From Anaerolineaceae bacterium (GTDB taxonomy: Bacteria; Chloroflexota; Anaerolineae; Anaerolineales; Anaerolineaceae), in contig JBBAES010000001.1 in NCBI GenBank assembly GCA_041655815.1, forward strand, positions 1 through 36,189: DNA of 36,189 nucleotides. Direction: 5' to 3'. The position numbers were made by a program, and so were the translations under genes. Below the pieces are notes generated by a model. It saw nothing but the letters and a program-made list of their open reading frames with translations, did not search any database and was not told the origin of the DNA. Of this stretch, positions 16,504 to 24,386 are shown in pieces; position 1 is the stretch's first letter; each line of letters starts with the position of its first letter.

Positions 16504-16517
16504 AATGCGCTTGTTAT

Positions 16518-16862
16518 TTATTCTTCCATGGCAACTGCAAGAAATTGATCAATGGTATCTTTCAGCATCGGTTCAGGTAGAGCACCAACCTGACGGTGAA
16601 TGATCTTACCGTCTTTTAGCATGAGCATGGTCGGAATACCCTGGACACCAAACTTACCTGCCCATTCCTGGTTTTCGTCTGTGTTGACTTTTGCAACAAT
16701 TAATTTCCCTGCATATTCTTTGGCAATTTTGTCGAGGATCGGGGCAACCATGCGGCAAGGTCCGCACCAGGGAGCCCAGAAATCTACAATTACAGGAAGC
16801 TGGTTTTCTAAGACAGTCTTCTCAAAAGCGGCGTCAGTCACGTTAATTGGTTCTTCAAACAT
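16518..16862 (-). CDS. trxA: Thioredoxin
   Basis: 114 aa with WAPWCGPCR active site. GGAGGAG RBS. Confidence 0.95.
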   Translation of the reverse strand: MFEEPINVTDAAFEKTVLENQLPVIVDFWAPWCGPCRMVAPILDKIAKEYAGKLIVAKVNTDENQEWAGKFGVQGIPTMLMLKDGKIIHRQVGALPEPMLKDTIDQFLAVAMEE

Positions 16863-16901
16863 ATTTACTCCTCCAATAATATCTTCAGAATTTGTAAGTA
16901 A

Positions 16902-16930
16902 AGTATACAGACATAAGTTTTAATTTACAA
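16902..16930 (-). promoter_or_regulatory. Candidate sigma-70 promoter for trxA
   Basis: Minus strand TTGTAA (16930..16925), 17-nt spacer, TATACT (16907..16902), about 40 nt upstream of the trxA ATG. Confidence 0.4.
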
Positions 16931-16939
16931 CGTCAAAGC

Positions 16940-17344
16940 CTATCCAAAACTATTAATCTTTTCTATAACTGCGGGTCCGAGCACCAAAAGGCCGATTATG
17001 ACAGACAAGATTGCCGCAATCAAAACAGAGGCAGCTCCTACGTCTTTGCCAATTTTTGCCAAAGGGTGGATTTCCGGACTGACCAGGTCAACAATAACTT
17101 CAAAAGCTGTATTGAGAAACTCTGCCATCCAGACCAAGCCGATCACAAGCAGGATCGCGATCCATTCGGTTAAGGTTATTTGCAGGAATGCGCTGACCGC
17201 GATTGCAAGTATCGTCGCAGTGAGGTGGATCCAGGCGTTCTTCTGGGTCTTAAAAATGAATCCAAGACCCTGAAAGGCTGCGATGAAAGAATTTTTCCTG
17301 CTTTTGACGAACTGTTCGGCTTCTTTGGCTGTATTTCTGGTCAT
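16940..17344 (-). CDS. dgkA: Diacylglycerol/undecaprenol kinase (DgkA family, DAGK_prokar)
   Basis: 134 aa with three TM segments. The MAEFLNTAFEVIVDLVSPEIHPLAKIGKDVGAASVL motif is typical of prokaryotic DAG kinase. Confidence 0.85.
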   Translation of the reverse strand: MTRNTAKEAEQFVKSRKNSFIAAFQGLGFIFKTQKNAWIHLTATILAIAVSAFLQITLTEWIAILLVIGLVWMAEFLNTAFEVIVDLVSPEIHPLAKIGKDVGAASVLIAAILSVIIGLLVLGPAVIEKINSFG

Positions 17345-17390
17345 ATCTTTCTGCCTGAAAATTAAAATCGGTGTAAAATAGTAACCTCAC

Positions 17391-17462
17391 GCGGGTGTTG
17401 CCAAGTGGTAAGGCATTAGCTTCCCAAGCTAACATTCGTGGGTTCGAATCCCATCACCCGCT
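17391..17462 (+). tRNA. tRNA-Gly (anticodon CCC)
   Basis: Hand-folded cloverleaf:
- Acceptor stem GCGGGTG/CACCCGC.
- D arm GCC-AAGTGGTAA-GGC.
- Anticodon stem TTAGC/GCTAA with loop TTCCCAA.
- T arm GTGGG-TTCGAAT-CCCAT.
- Discriminator T. No encoded CCA. Confidence 0.9.
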
Positions 17463-17466
17463 CTTT

Positions 17467-18597
17467 TCATTCAAGTTTCTTGCCATACACCCGGTGATTC
17501 TTATAATATTTTACGCCCAGGTTTTCGAGGTCCCTGCGCATTTGAACAGCAGTTTCGGCTACTTGAGTCAGTTCTGAATATATGAAACGCGGGTTGGCTT
17601 TCGCCGCATTCAATAATGCCTCCATGATCAGCGCGTTCCCGCCCATGCCTTGATATTCTGGCAAAATCCCGATTCCGTTAAAATCCAGCCATTGCGTGGT
17701 TTTAAGTTCTCTTAGAAGGCGAATGATACCTATTGGCCCGAGCCTGCCCTTGTTTTTTTGCATTGCCGCGGAAACATCTGGGAACGATAAGACGAAACCT
17801 ACGATGTCATCTTCCTCGTTGAGGATAATTTGGAGCAATTCCGGAATAATTACCTGGATAGCGTTATCAAGTGCGTAGTCCAGCTCTCGGTCCGACAGAG
17901 GGTAATACTCCCAGTTTTGGACAAAGGCGCGGTTATATGCATCCTTTATTTTGTATTTCCACTCAATTATGTGTTTTTTGTTGCGAAAGTTCATCACCCT
18001 CAGTCGCCCCCGCTTCTTAGCGATTTCAACTGCTTTTTTTACTTTATCAGGCAATTCGAACGATTGCGGGGCTAAGAAACTGGAAACAAAATCAACTTCT
18101 TTTGTAAAACCATAATCTTCAACCAGCTTCTGATAATAGGAATAGTTGTAATTCATCATATTCATCATCTGGCGGTGTTCAAATCCCTCCACCTGAATGC
18201 CGTAACCATCCAGCGGTCCATACCCTTTAGGCCCGACTATGCGGTTCAGTCCTCTCGCCTTTGACCATTCGCTGACCTTGTCAAATAACGCATTGGCAAC
18301 TTCCTGGTCATCAATGCAATCGAACAGGTAAAACTCGCTGTCATGGTAGTTATGGAACTGGTTAAACGGTTTGTTTTCCAGTGCCGCGATTTTGCCGACT
18401 ACTTTTCCATTTCGTTTTGCCAAAAAGAAGTCCGAATCGGAGTGATCATAGAAAGGATGTTTCTTTTTATTCATCATCAAAAAGATGTCGGATCTGAATG
18501 GCGGAACGAATTGTGGGCAACCCTCATATAAATCATACTGAAAATTCACGAATTCTTTTTCCAGGGTTTTGCTATTAACATCAATAATTTCGACCAT
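17467..18597 (-). CDS. GNAT-family N-acetyltransferase-like protein, 376 aa (uncharacterised two-lobed family)
   Basis: GGAGG RBS. C-terminal lobe has a GNAT motif A-like segment, GIGILPEYQGMGGNALIMEALLNAA. The rest is recognised only as a widely conserved hypothetical acetyltransferase family. Confidence 0.65.
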   Translation of the reverse strand: MVEIIDVNSKTLEKEFVNFQYDLYEGCPQFVPPFRSDIFLMMNKKKHPFYDHSDSDFFLAKRNGKVVGKIAALENKPFNQFHNYHDSEFYLFDCIDDQEVANALFDKVSEWSKARGLNRIVGPKGYGPLDGYGIQVEGFEHRQMMNMMNYNYSYYQKLVEDYGFTKEVDFVSSFLAPQSFELPDKVKKAVEIAKKRGRLRVMNFRNKKHIIEWKYKIKDAYNRAFVQNWEYYPLSDRELDYALDNAIQVIIPELLQIILNEEDDIVGFVLSFPDVSAAMQKNKGRLGPIGIIRLLRELKTTQWLDFNGIGILPEYQGMGGNALIMEALLNAAKANPRFIYSELTQVAETAVQMRRDLENLGVKYYKNHRVYGKKLE

Positions 18598-18848
18598 AAG
18601 GCCTCCAATTAATATTTTATGACAACACTGTTGTTATAACCTAAAAAGCAGATTTGGGTTACAAATTCAGGTACCAAGTTGCAGTATAACAAAAATAGAA
18701 ACACCTGTAAGGAGCATCGCTATCACGAAATAATGTCGATTTGCTCACATAACCATCGGAATTTAACGAACGGAAAGTGCAAGTGCAGGGTTACGATCCC
18801 ATGGTTTCGAACCAGTTGTGGTGATTGTGGTCGGATCATGAGAAATGA

Positions 18849-18877
18849 TTGTAAAGCGTCGGGACATGCGCTATAAT
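18849..18877 (+). promoter_or_regulatory. Candidate sigma-70 promoter for efp
   Basis: TTGTAA (18849..18854), 17-nt spacer, TATAAT (18872..18877), 36 nt upstream of the efp ATG. Confidence 0.45.
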
Positions 18878-18913
18878 TTGCGCGTTTAGTTTCAAGTATG
18901 AAAGAGGATTTAT

Positions 18914-19471
18914 ATGATTGACGTCAATGAGTTAAGAAAAGGCGTTACATTCGAGCTGGATAACAGTCTTTACAAAGTACTCGAGTATGCGCACAACAAA
19001 CCAGGTCGCGGCAGCGCCACCATCAGGATTAAAGCTCGCGATTTACGCAAAGGAACTACCCTGGAAATGACCTTCATCTCAAGTGATCGCGTTCAGGATG
19101 TTCGTCTGGACTATCACAACGTTCAGTATCTCTACCGGGATGATAATTTCTTTTACTTTATGGATATGGATACCTTCGAACAGCCCGCTGTACCCGCCGA
19201 TCTGGTAGCTGACTATGAGAGCTTTTTCAAGGAAAACATGGAAGTCAAGCTGACCTATTTCGGTTCCGAACCTCTGGACATTGAGCTTCCAACTACTGTT
19301 GATCTCGAAGTAGTCACAGCAGAGCCATCCGCCCGGGGCAATACAGCAACTGGTTTGACCAAACATGTTGTTACCGATACGGGCCTGAAGGTTCAGGTTC
19401 CAGCTTTTGTGAATGAAGGTGACACCATCCGGGTCGATACCCGCAGCGGAGATTATGTTACCCGAGTTTAA
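18914..19471 (+). CDS. efp: Translation elongation factor P (Arg at the loop-tip position)
   Basis: 185 aa. MIDVNELRKGVTFELDNSLYKVLEYAHNKPGRGSATIRIKARDLRKG..., three-domain length, AGAGGA RBS. Confidence 0.95.
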   Translation: MIDVNELRKGVTFELDNSLYKVLEYAHNKPGRGSATIRIKARDLRKGTTLEMTFISSDRVQDVRLDYHNVQYLYRDDNFFYFMDMDTFEQPAVPADLVADYESFFKENMEVKLTYFGSEPLDIELPTTVDLEVVTAEPSARGNTATGLTKHVVTDTGLKVQVPAFVNEGDTIRVDTRSGDYVTRV

Positions 19472-19486
19472 GATGGCAGGACGTGA

Positions 19487-19801
19487 ATGAGGATTCCAGA
19501 CGGCCGCGAATGCAAATTCTTTTATGGCGACTATTATCGTGGCCGGAATTTTGAGGAGTGCCGGGCGCTTACCAACCCGGAAGATATAAAAGCCTGGTCG
19601 TCAGAGCTCTGTTCTGGCTGCCCTGTTCCTGATTATTTGCGCAACAACTCCTGCCAAAATCTGGTTTATTCAGTTTCGGTCGGCGGTTTTCTATTCAAAA
19701 AAAAGATGAAGGTGAAAGCCTGGTGCTCGAAGATTCACGCCCCTGTCAGAGATCCAAATGTCGGCTGCGGTCATTGCCATGAGGTTGGCCCCTTGGGGTG
19801 A
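19487..19801 (+). CDS. Hypothetical Cys-rich 104-aa protein (8 Cys, including CSGC and CGHC pairs)
   Basis: Starts 15 nt after efp with AGGA 5 nt upstream. Fills the efp-ftsH gap. No family recognised. Confidence 0.6.
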   Translation: MRIPDGRECKFFYGDYYRGRNFEECRALTNPEDIKAWSSELCSGCPVPDYLRNNSCQNLVYSVSVGGFLFKKKMKVKAWCSKIHAPVRDPNVGCGHCHEVGPLG

Positions 19802-19864
19802 TGTTAGAGATCTATCAGAAATAAGTTTTCTTCCCTATTCATTCAAAAACTCAAACCTGCTTGT

Positions 19865-19873
19865 TGGTATAAT
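19865..19873 (+). promoter_or_regulatory. Candidate extended -10 element (TGGTATAAT) for ftsH
   Basis: TGGTATAAT lies 38 nt upstream of the TTG start at 19912. GGAGG RBS at 19902..19906. Confidence 0.3.
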
Positions 19874-19911
19874 CATTAGCTGGGCAACTATGCCCTTAAA
19901 CGGAGGAAGAA

Positions 19912-21780
19912 TTGAAATCTCGTAACCAATCATTTTTCATCTCGGCGTTACTGCTGTTTTCTATCGTCGCGATGGTTTTTTATGGCGTCCAGGAACAAGC
20001 CTTCGGCACGCAACCCATTCCGATTAACCAGCTGGCTGCCGATATAGAAGCAGACCTCGTCGGGAAAATTGAAATTAAAGAAAACGACGTCTATATCACC
20101 TATCGGGATCTTACCAATCGGGCGGCAACAACCACTGCCAAGGATCCTAACACTGGTTTAATTGAACAATTAGTCCAGCTTGGTGTCTCTCCAGAGAAAT
20201 TGCGCGACCCGAACCTCAAAATTGAGGTGGTCCTGCCCGGATTCTGGGCTAACGCGGTCACCCTTCTAATTAACTTCTTGCCTTTCATTCTGATGGCAGC
20301 TCTGTTCTTTTTCTTTATCAGACAGGCACAGGGCTCAAACAACGCGGCCATGTCCTTTGGCAAATCCCGTGCAAAAATGATCACTGGCGAACACTCAACC
20401 GTAACTTTTGCGGATGTTGCCGGTGTGGATGAGGCAAAAGAAGAGCTGCAGGAGGTTGTCGAATTCCTGCAGGAACCACAGAAGTTTATCGCGTTGGGCG
20501 CCCGTATCCCCAAAGGTGTATTGCTGGTGGGCTCACCCGGCACAGGCAAGACCTTGATGGCAAAGGCAGTCTCCGGAGAAGCCGGCGTGCCTTTTTTCTC
20601 AATTTCTGGTTCTGAATTTGTTGAAATGTTTGTGGGCGTTGGTGCCAGCCGGGTCAGAGACCTGTTTGACGAAGCCAAAAAACATTCGCCCTGTATCGTC
20701 TTTGTTGACGAAATTGATGCTGTTGGTCGTCACCGTGGTGCTGGTCTTGGCGGAAGTCATGACGAGCGCGAACAGACCCTCAACCAGCTTCTGGTTGAAA
20801 TGGATGGTTTTGGAACCGACACCAATGTGATTGTGATTGCGGCAACTAACCGACCGGACATTCTTGATCCTGCCCTCTTGCGCCCAGGTCGCTTTGACCG
20901 GCGCGTGATGTTGGACAGACCTGACAAGAATGGTCGTGAAGCTATCCTAAAGGTTCACAGCCGTGGGAAACCAATCGACTCAAGCGTAGACTTGGGTGAA
21001 ATCGCCCGTTCAACTCCTGGCTTTGTCGGTGCTGATCTGGAAAATCTGGTCAACGAAGCCGCGATCCTTGCTGCCCGTCGAAACAAGAAGGTCATCACAC
21101 GGGACGAGTTTGAGGAATCCATTGAGCGTGTCATCGCTGGCCCGGAACGAAAAAGCAAGTTGATGAACCCGAGAGAAAAGAAGATTGTCGCCTATCACGA
21201 GGTAGGGCACGCAATTGTTACCAGTGTTTTGCCAGAAGCAAACCCCGTTCAAAAAGTATCTATCATTTCGCGAGGTATGGCCGGGGGTTTCACCCTCTCC
21301 CTGCCGGTGGACGACCAGTATCTTGAATCCAAGAAGATGCTGACTGCCCAATTGGCGACGATGCTTGGTGGACGGGCGGCAGAAGAGATTATGTTCAACG
21401 ACATCACCTCAGGCGCTTCTAACGACCTCGACAGAGTCACCAAATTAGCCCGACGCATGGTCACCAGATTAGGAATGAGTGAGAAACTTGGGCCTATGGT
21501 CTACGGTCAGAAAGAAGAGCTTGTTTTCCTCGGTCGTGAAATTTCTGAACAACGGGATTATTCTGAACGTGTGGCTCAGACGATCGACGAAGAAGTGCAT
21601 AATTTAGTTGATTCTTCGTATACCACTGCGAAAGAGATCTTGGTTAAATACAAAGAAAAGATGATCGAGATAGCTGAAAAGCTTTTGGAAGTCGAAACCC
21701 TTTCAAAAGAGGAGTTTGAAGAGCTCTTCCCGACTCCTTATGAGAAGAACCAGGGTATCCCGGCTTTCATCATGGAATAG
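19912..21780 (+). CDS. ftsH: ATP-dependent zinc metalloprotease FtsH
   Basis: 622 aa. Two N-terminal TM segments. Walker [14 protein letters not shown], Walker [12 protein letters not shown], and Zn motif HEVGHAI. TTG start with GGAGG RBS. Confidence 0.95.
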   Translation: MKSRNQSFFISALLLFSIVAMVFYGVQEQAFGTQPIPINQLAADIEADLVGKIEIKENDVYITYRDLTNRAATTTAKDPNTGLIEQLVQLGVSPEKLRDPNLKIEVVLPGFWANAVTLLINFLPFILMAALFFFFIRQAQGSNNAAMSFGKSRAKMITGEHSTVTFADVAGVDEAKEELQEVVEFLQEPQKFIALGARIPKGVLLVGSPGTGKTLMAKAVSGEAGVPFFSISGSEFVEMFVGVGASRVRDLFDEAKKHSPCIVFVDEIDAVGRHRGAGLGGSHDEREQTLNQLLVEMDGFGTDTNVIVIAATNRPDILDPALLRPGRFDRRVMLDRPDKNGREAILKVHSRGKPIDSSVDLGEIARSTPGFVGADLENLVNEAAILAARRNKKVITRDEFEESIERVIAGPERKSKLMNPREKKIVAYHEVGHAIVTSVLPEANPVQKVSIISRGMAGGFTLSLPVDDQYLESKKMLTAQLATMLGGRAAEEIMFNDITSGASNDLDRVTKLARRMVTRLGMSEKLGPMVYGQKEELVFLGREISEQRDYSERVAQTIDEEVHNLVDSSYTTAKEILVKYKEKMIEIAEKLLEVETLSKEEFEELFPTPYEKNQGIPAFIME

Positions 21781-22711
21781 TTGAACAAAATTTAGCAGAC
21801 ACCAGATCCAGCATTTTTTCTAAAATTGCTGGATCTTTTGCATTTAGCCAATGGATTTCCGAATCAGTCGGCTTAAACCAGTTAGCCTGACGGCGGACGT
21901 ATTTTCGGGTGTTTCGCTTAATCAGCATGATGGCTTCTTCAAGGCTGATTTCATTGTCCAGATAGGCGATAAGCTCGCTATAACCAATTACACGTATTTT
22001 TAGCAGCTCGCCTTTGTAACCATGATTAATTAGCTCGCGGACTTCATCCAGAAAGCCTTCGTTCAGCATCTGTTCGATCCTGACATCAATTCGCTGGTAT
22101 AACTCCTCTCGCTCCCACTCCAAGCCGAATATCAGAATCTCGTAGGGCGATTCCTCTTTTGATCGAGCCTGAGAAAACCGAACTCCACTACTGAAAATCA
22201 CCTCGAGTGCCCTTATCGTGCGACGATGATTGCGGTAATCGATAAAGCCAGCAGCTTCAGGGTCCAAAACCTCCAGATTTTGATGAAGTTTTTCGAAGCC
22301 GATCTCTTCCCCGATGTTCTCCAGGGCCGTCCTCATCCTGTGGTCTGCCTCAAGCTCGGGGATCTGCCAGTTTTGTCTGAGCGCGCGGATATATTGGCCG
22401 GTTCCACCGGTGACTATGGGGATCTTCCCTTGCCGGTTTAAATTGTGTATAAGTTTTTCCGCTTCTGTCTTGTATTCACCGATGCTCCAGGGCTGATCTA
22501 AATCAGCCTTATTGATCAGGTGATGGCGAACCTGCGAAAGCTCGTGTTCTGTGGGTTTGGCAGTACCGATAGTAAGTTGTCTGTAAAGATACCTGGAATC
22601 TGCGGAGATGATCTCAGTGTCAAGCGCTTTTGCCAGTTGAATTGCCAGGCCGGTTTTACCTGAGGCAGTAGGACCAACCAGCATGATTAATCTCGGCTTT
22701 GTTTCACTCAT
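21770..22711 (-). CDS. miaA: tRNA dimethylallyltransferase
   Basis: I place the start at ATG 22711 ([27 protein letters not shown]..., P-loop at the N-terminus). The 78 extra codons in the track overlap yraN in another frame. ATGAGTGA overlap with the yraN stop. Confidence 0.92.
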   Translation of the reverse strand: MSETKPRLIMLVGPTASGKTGLAIQLAKALDTEIISADSRYLYRQLTIGTAKPTEHELSQVRHHLINKADLDQPWSIGEYKTEAEKLIHNLNRQGKIPIVTGGTGQYIRALRQNWQIPELEADHRMRTALENIGEEIGFEKLHQNLEVLDPEAAGFIDYRNHRRTIRALEVIFSSGVRFSQARSKEESPYEILIFGLEWEREELYQRIDVRIEQMLNEGFLDEVRELINHGYKGELLKIRVIGYSELIAYLDNEISLEEAIMLIKRNTRKYVRRQANWFKPTDSEIHWLNAKDPAILEKMLDLVSAKFCSTIP

Positions 22712-23090
22712 TGAGATAGTCCAGATATACATTTTCGTAGTGAATAATTTCAGGGTTACCGTTGAGGTTTGTTTCAATGACCAGAACATCAACCTGCCAG
22801 TCAGAAACTGGCTTATCCAAGCTCTCCAGGTAGACAAGCATAGCTGCTTGCATAGACTGGAATTTTTTGCGTGTGATGCTGTATTCAGCGATCCCGTAAG
22901 CGTTTGACTTACGTGTTTTGACCTCGACCGCGACCAGACGGTCACCCGAAGACATGATCAGATCGATCTCGCCAAAGCGAGTGTGGTAATTCTTCACGCG
23001 CAGAATGTAGCCCTTTTTCAAAAGGAAATTCAAGCCCTGATCTTCACCCCAGGCTCCAAATTTCTTGCGATAACCGGAATTTGTGCTCAT
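22704..23090 (-). CDS. yraN: YraN/UPF0102-family endonuclease-like protein
   Basis: [49 protein letters not shown] is the UPF0102 core (E..D..EVK). Start uncertain: ATG 23090 is preferred and GTG 23120 is possible. Confidence 0.85.
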   Translation of the reverse strand: MSTNSGYRKKFGAWGEDQGLNFLLKKGYILRVKNYHTRFGEIDLIMSSGDRLVAVEVKTRKSNAYGIAEYSITRKKFQSMQAAMLVYLESLDKPVSDWQVDVLVIETNLNGNPEIIHYENVYLDYLNE

Positions 23091-23216
23091 ATTAATAGTA
23101 TAACCTTGTTGAACCAGCACCCTCTAAATACAAAACAACCAAAGATAACAAGTTTTAAGATAAAATAAACTAATTATCTCAAATTTTTGTTGGGAAATTC
23201 TCCACAAAGGAACCAA

Positions 23217-24386
23217 ATGGCTGTTGCAGAAATTGTTACCATAGGCACTGAATTACTCTTAGGTGAAATTCAAGACACAAACTCTCGTTATATTGCCCGC
23301 GCTCTACGCGATATTGGAGTCGACCTCTACAGACTCGCTACTGTTGGCGATAATATCAATCGCATTACCGCTACATTGCAAGAGGCGTTAATGCGTGCTG
23401 ATATTGTGATCACAACCGGAGGGCTTGGGCCCACAGTCGATGACATGACCCGGCAAGCGGTCGCCAATACCTTCAATGTTGATTTGATTTTTAAAGAAGA
23501 ACTTTGGGGGCAGACTCTCGAACGTTTCAAATATTACAACCGCACACCCACTGAGAACAATAAACGTCAGGCTTATTTACCTGCGAACGCAATCGCGATA
23601 ACCAATGAAGTCGGTACCGCGCCTGCTTTCACAGTTGAACTCGGCGTTAAGACTCTGATCTCGCTGCCTGGGGTTCCACGTGAGATGGAACATATCATGA
23701 ATACCCACGTGATCGATTACCTGAAAAACCGCTACGGCCTAAAAGATGAAATCATCCTGCCCTGGGTGATTCACACCGTTTCCTTAGGAGAATCCAGTAT
23801 CGACGAAATAATTGGAGAGTTGGGTACGCTGAGTAACCCTACCGTAGGTTTGCTTGCGCATCCAGGGCAGACTGATGTGAGAGTGACAGCAAAAGCCCGG
23901 TCGACCGAGGAAGCTCAACAGATGATGGAACCGGTTATCAATGATATTCGCGAGAGACTGAAAGACTACATCTATGGAGAAAATGAGGATACGATTCAAT
24001 CCGTTGTAGCAGCTGAACTGCTCAGGCGAAACCTCTTCTTAAGTGTTCTTGAAATCGGAACAGGCGGGTGCATTTATCAGGCCTTATCAGAGCACCTCTC
24101 ATCTGAATCATTATCTGGTCAATTGCTGGATGTTGATATCACGCATGAAACATTTAAGACACTCATATATGAATATCGTGATAAAAAGCAAGCCGATTTT
24201 GTCCTTGGCGTAATGCTGACCCCCAAAGGTGAGCAGATGGGTCTTTATGTTGCCTTATTGGACAAGCAAAACTTATCTGAATATCAACGTATCTACAGCG
24301 GCCCTCCCGGGGACGCGGGTCATTGGGCTCTGAACGTTGCCCTCGACCAAATCCGTACCAGGTTGAAAGAGATGAAAGGATCGTGA
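23217..24386 (+). CDS. cinA: CinA-family competence/damage-inducible protein (MoCF-type N-domain plus divergent PncC-like C-domain)
   Basis: ATG 23217 (AAAGG upstream) is preferred over the track's TTG at 23187. MAVAEIVTIGTELLLGEIQDTNSRYIARAL...ITTGGLGPTVDDMT is the CinA N-domain. The C-domain has LEIGTGG where PncC has ESCTGG. Confidence 0.88.
   Translation: MAVAEIVTIGTELLLGEIQDTNSRYIARALRDIGVDLYRLATVGDNINRITATLQEALMRADIVITTGGLGPTVDDMTRQAVANTFNVDLIFKEELWGQTLERFKYYNRTPTENNKRQAYLPANAIAITNEVGTAPAFTVELGVKTLISLPGVPREMEHIMNTHVIDYLKNRYGLKDEIILPWVIHTVSLGESSIDEIIGELGTLSNPTVGLLAHPGQTDVRVTAKARSTEEAQQMMEPVINDIRERLKDYIYGENEDTIQSVVAAELLRRNLFLSVLEIGTGGCIYQALSEHLSSESLSGQLLDVDITHETFKTLIYEYRDKKQADFVLGVMLTPKGEQMGLYVALLDKQNLSEYQRIYSGPPGDAGHWALNVALDQIRTRLKEMKGS

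Noticed and set aside
18803-18813. T-loop-like GGTTCGAAACC on the minus strand, considered as a possible second tRNA or tRNA fragment.
   Set aside because: No acceptor, D or anticodon stems can be drawn around it.
18679-18876. 65-aa TTG-initiated ORF in the GNAT/efp intergenic region.
   Set aside because: It has a non-ATG start with no RBS, spans both divergent promoter candidates and belongs to no recognised family. I kept it only as a low-interest note on the internal 47-codon version.
20100-20678. 192-aa antisense ORF inside ftsH. Similar long antisense ORFs occur at 24692..25408, 25589..26083, 30605..31216, 33742..34299 and 15546..16013.
   Set aside because: All lie opposite genes with unambiguous family signatures, lack RBSs and have skewed Ser/Arg/Pro-rich compositions typical of antisense frames.
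22712-22945. 78-codon N-terminal extension of miaA in the ORF track.
   Set aside because: It overlaps yraN in another frame. The MiaA P-loop N-terminus ([20 protein letters not shown]) starts at 22711, with an ATGAGTGA coupling overlap.
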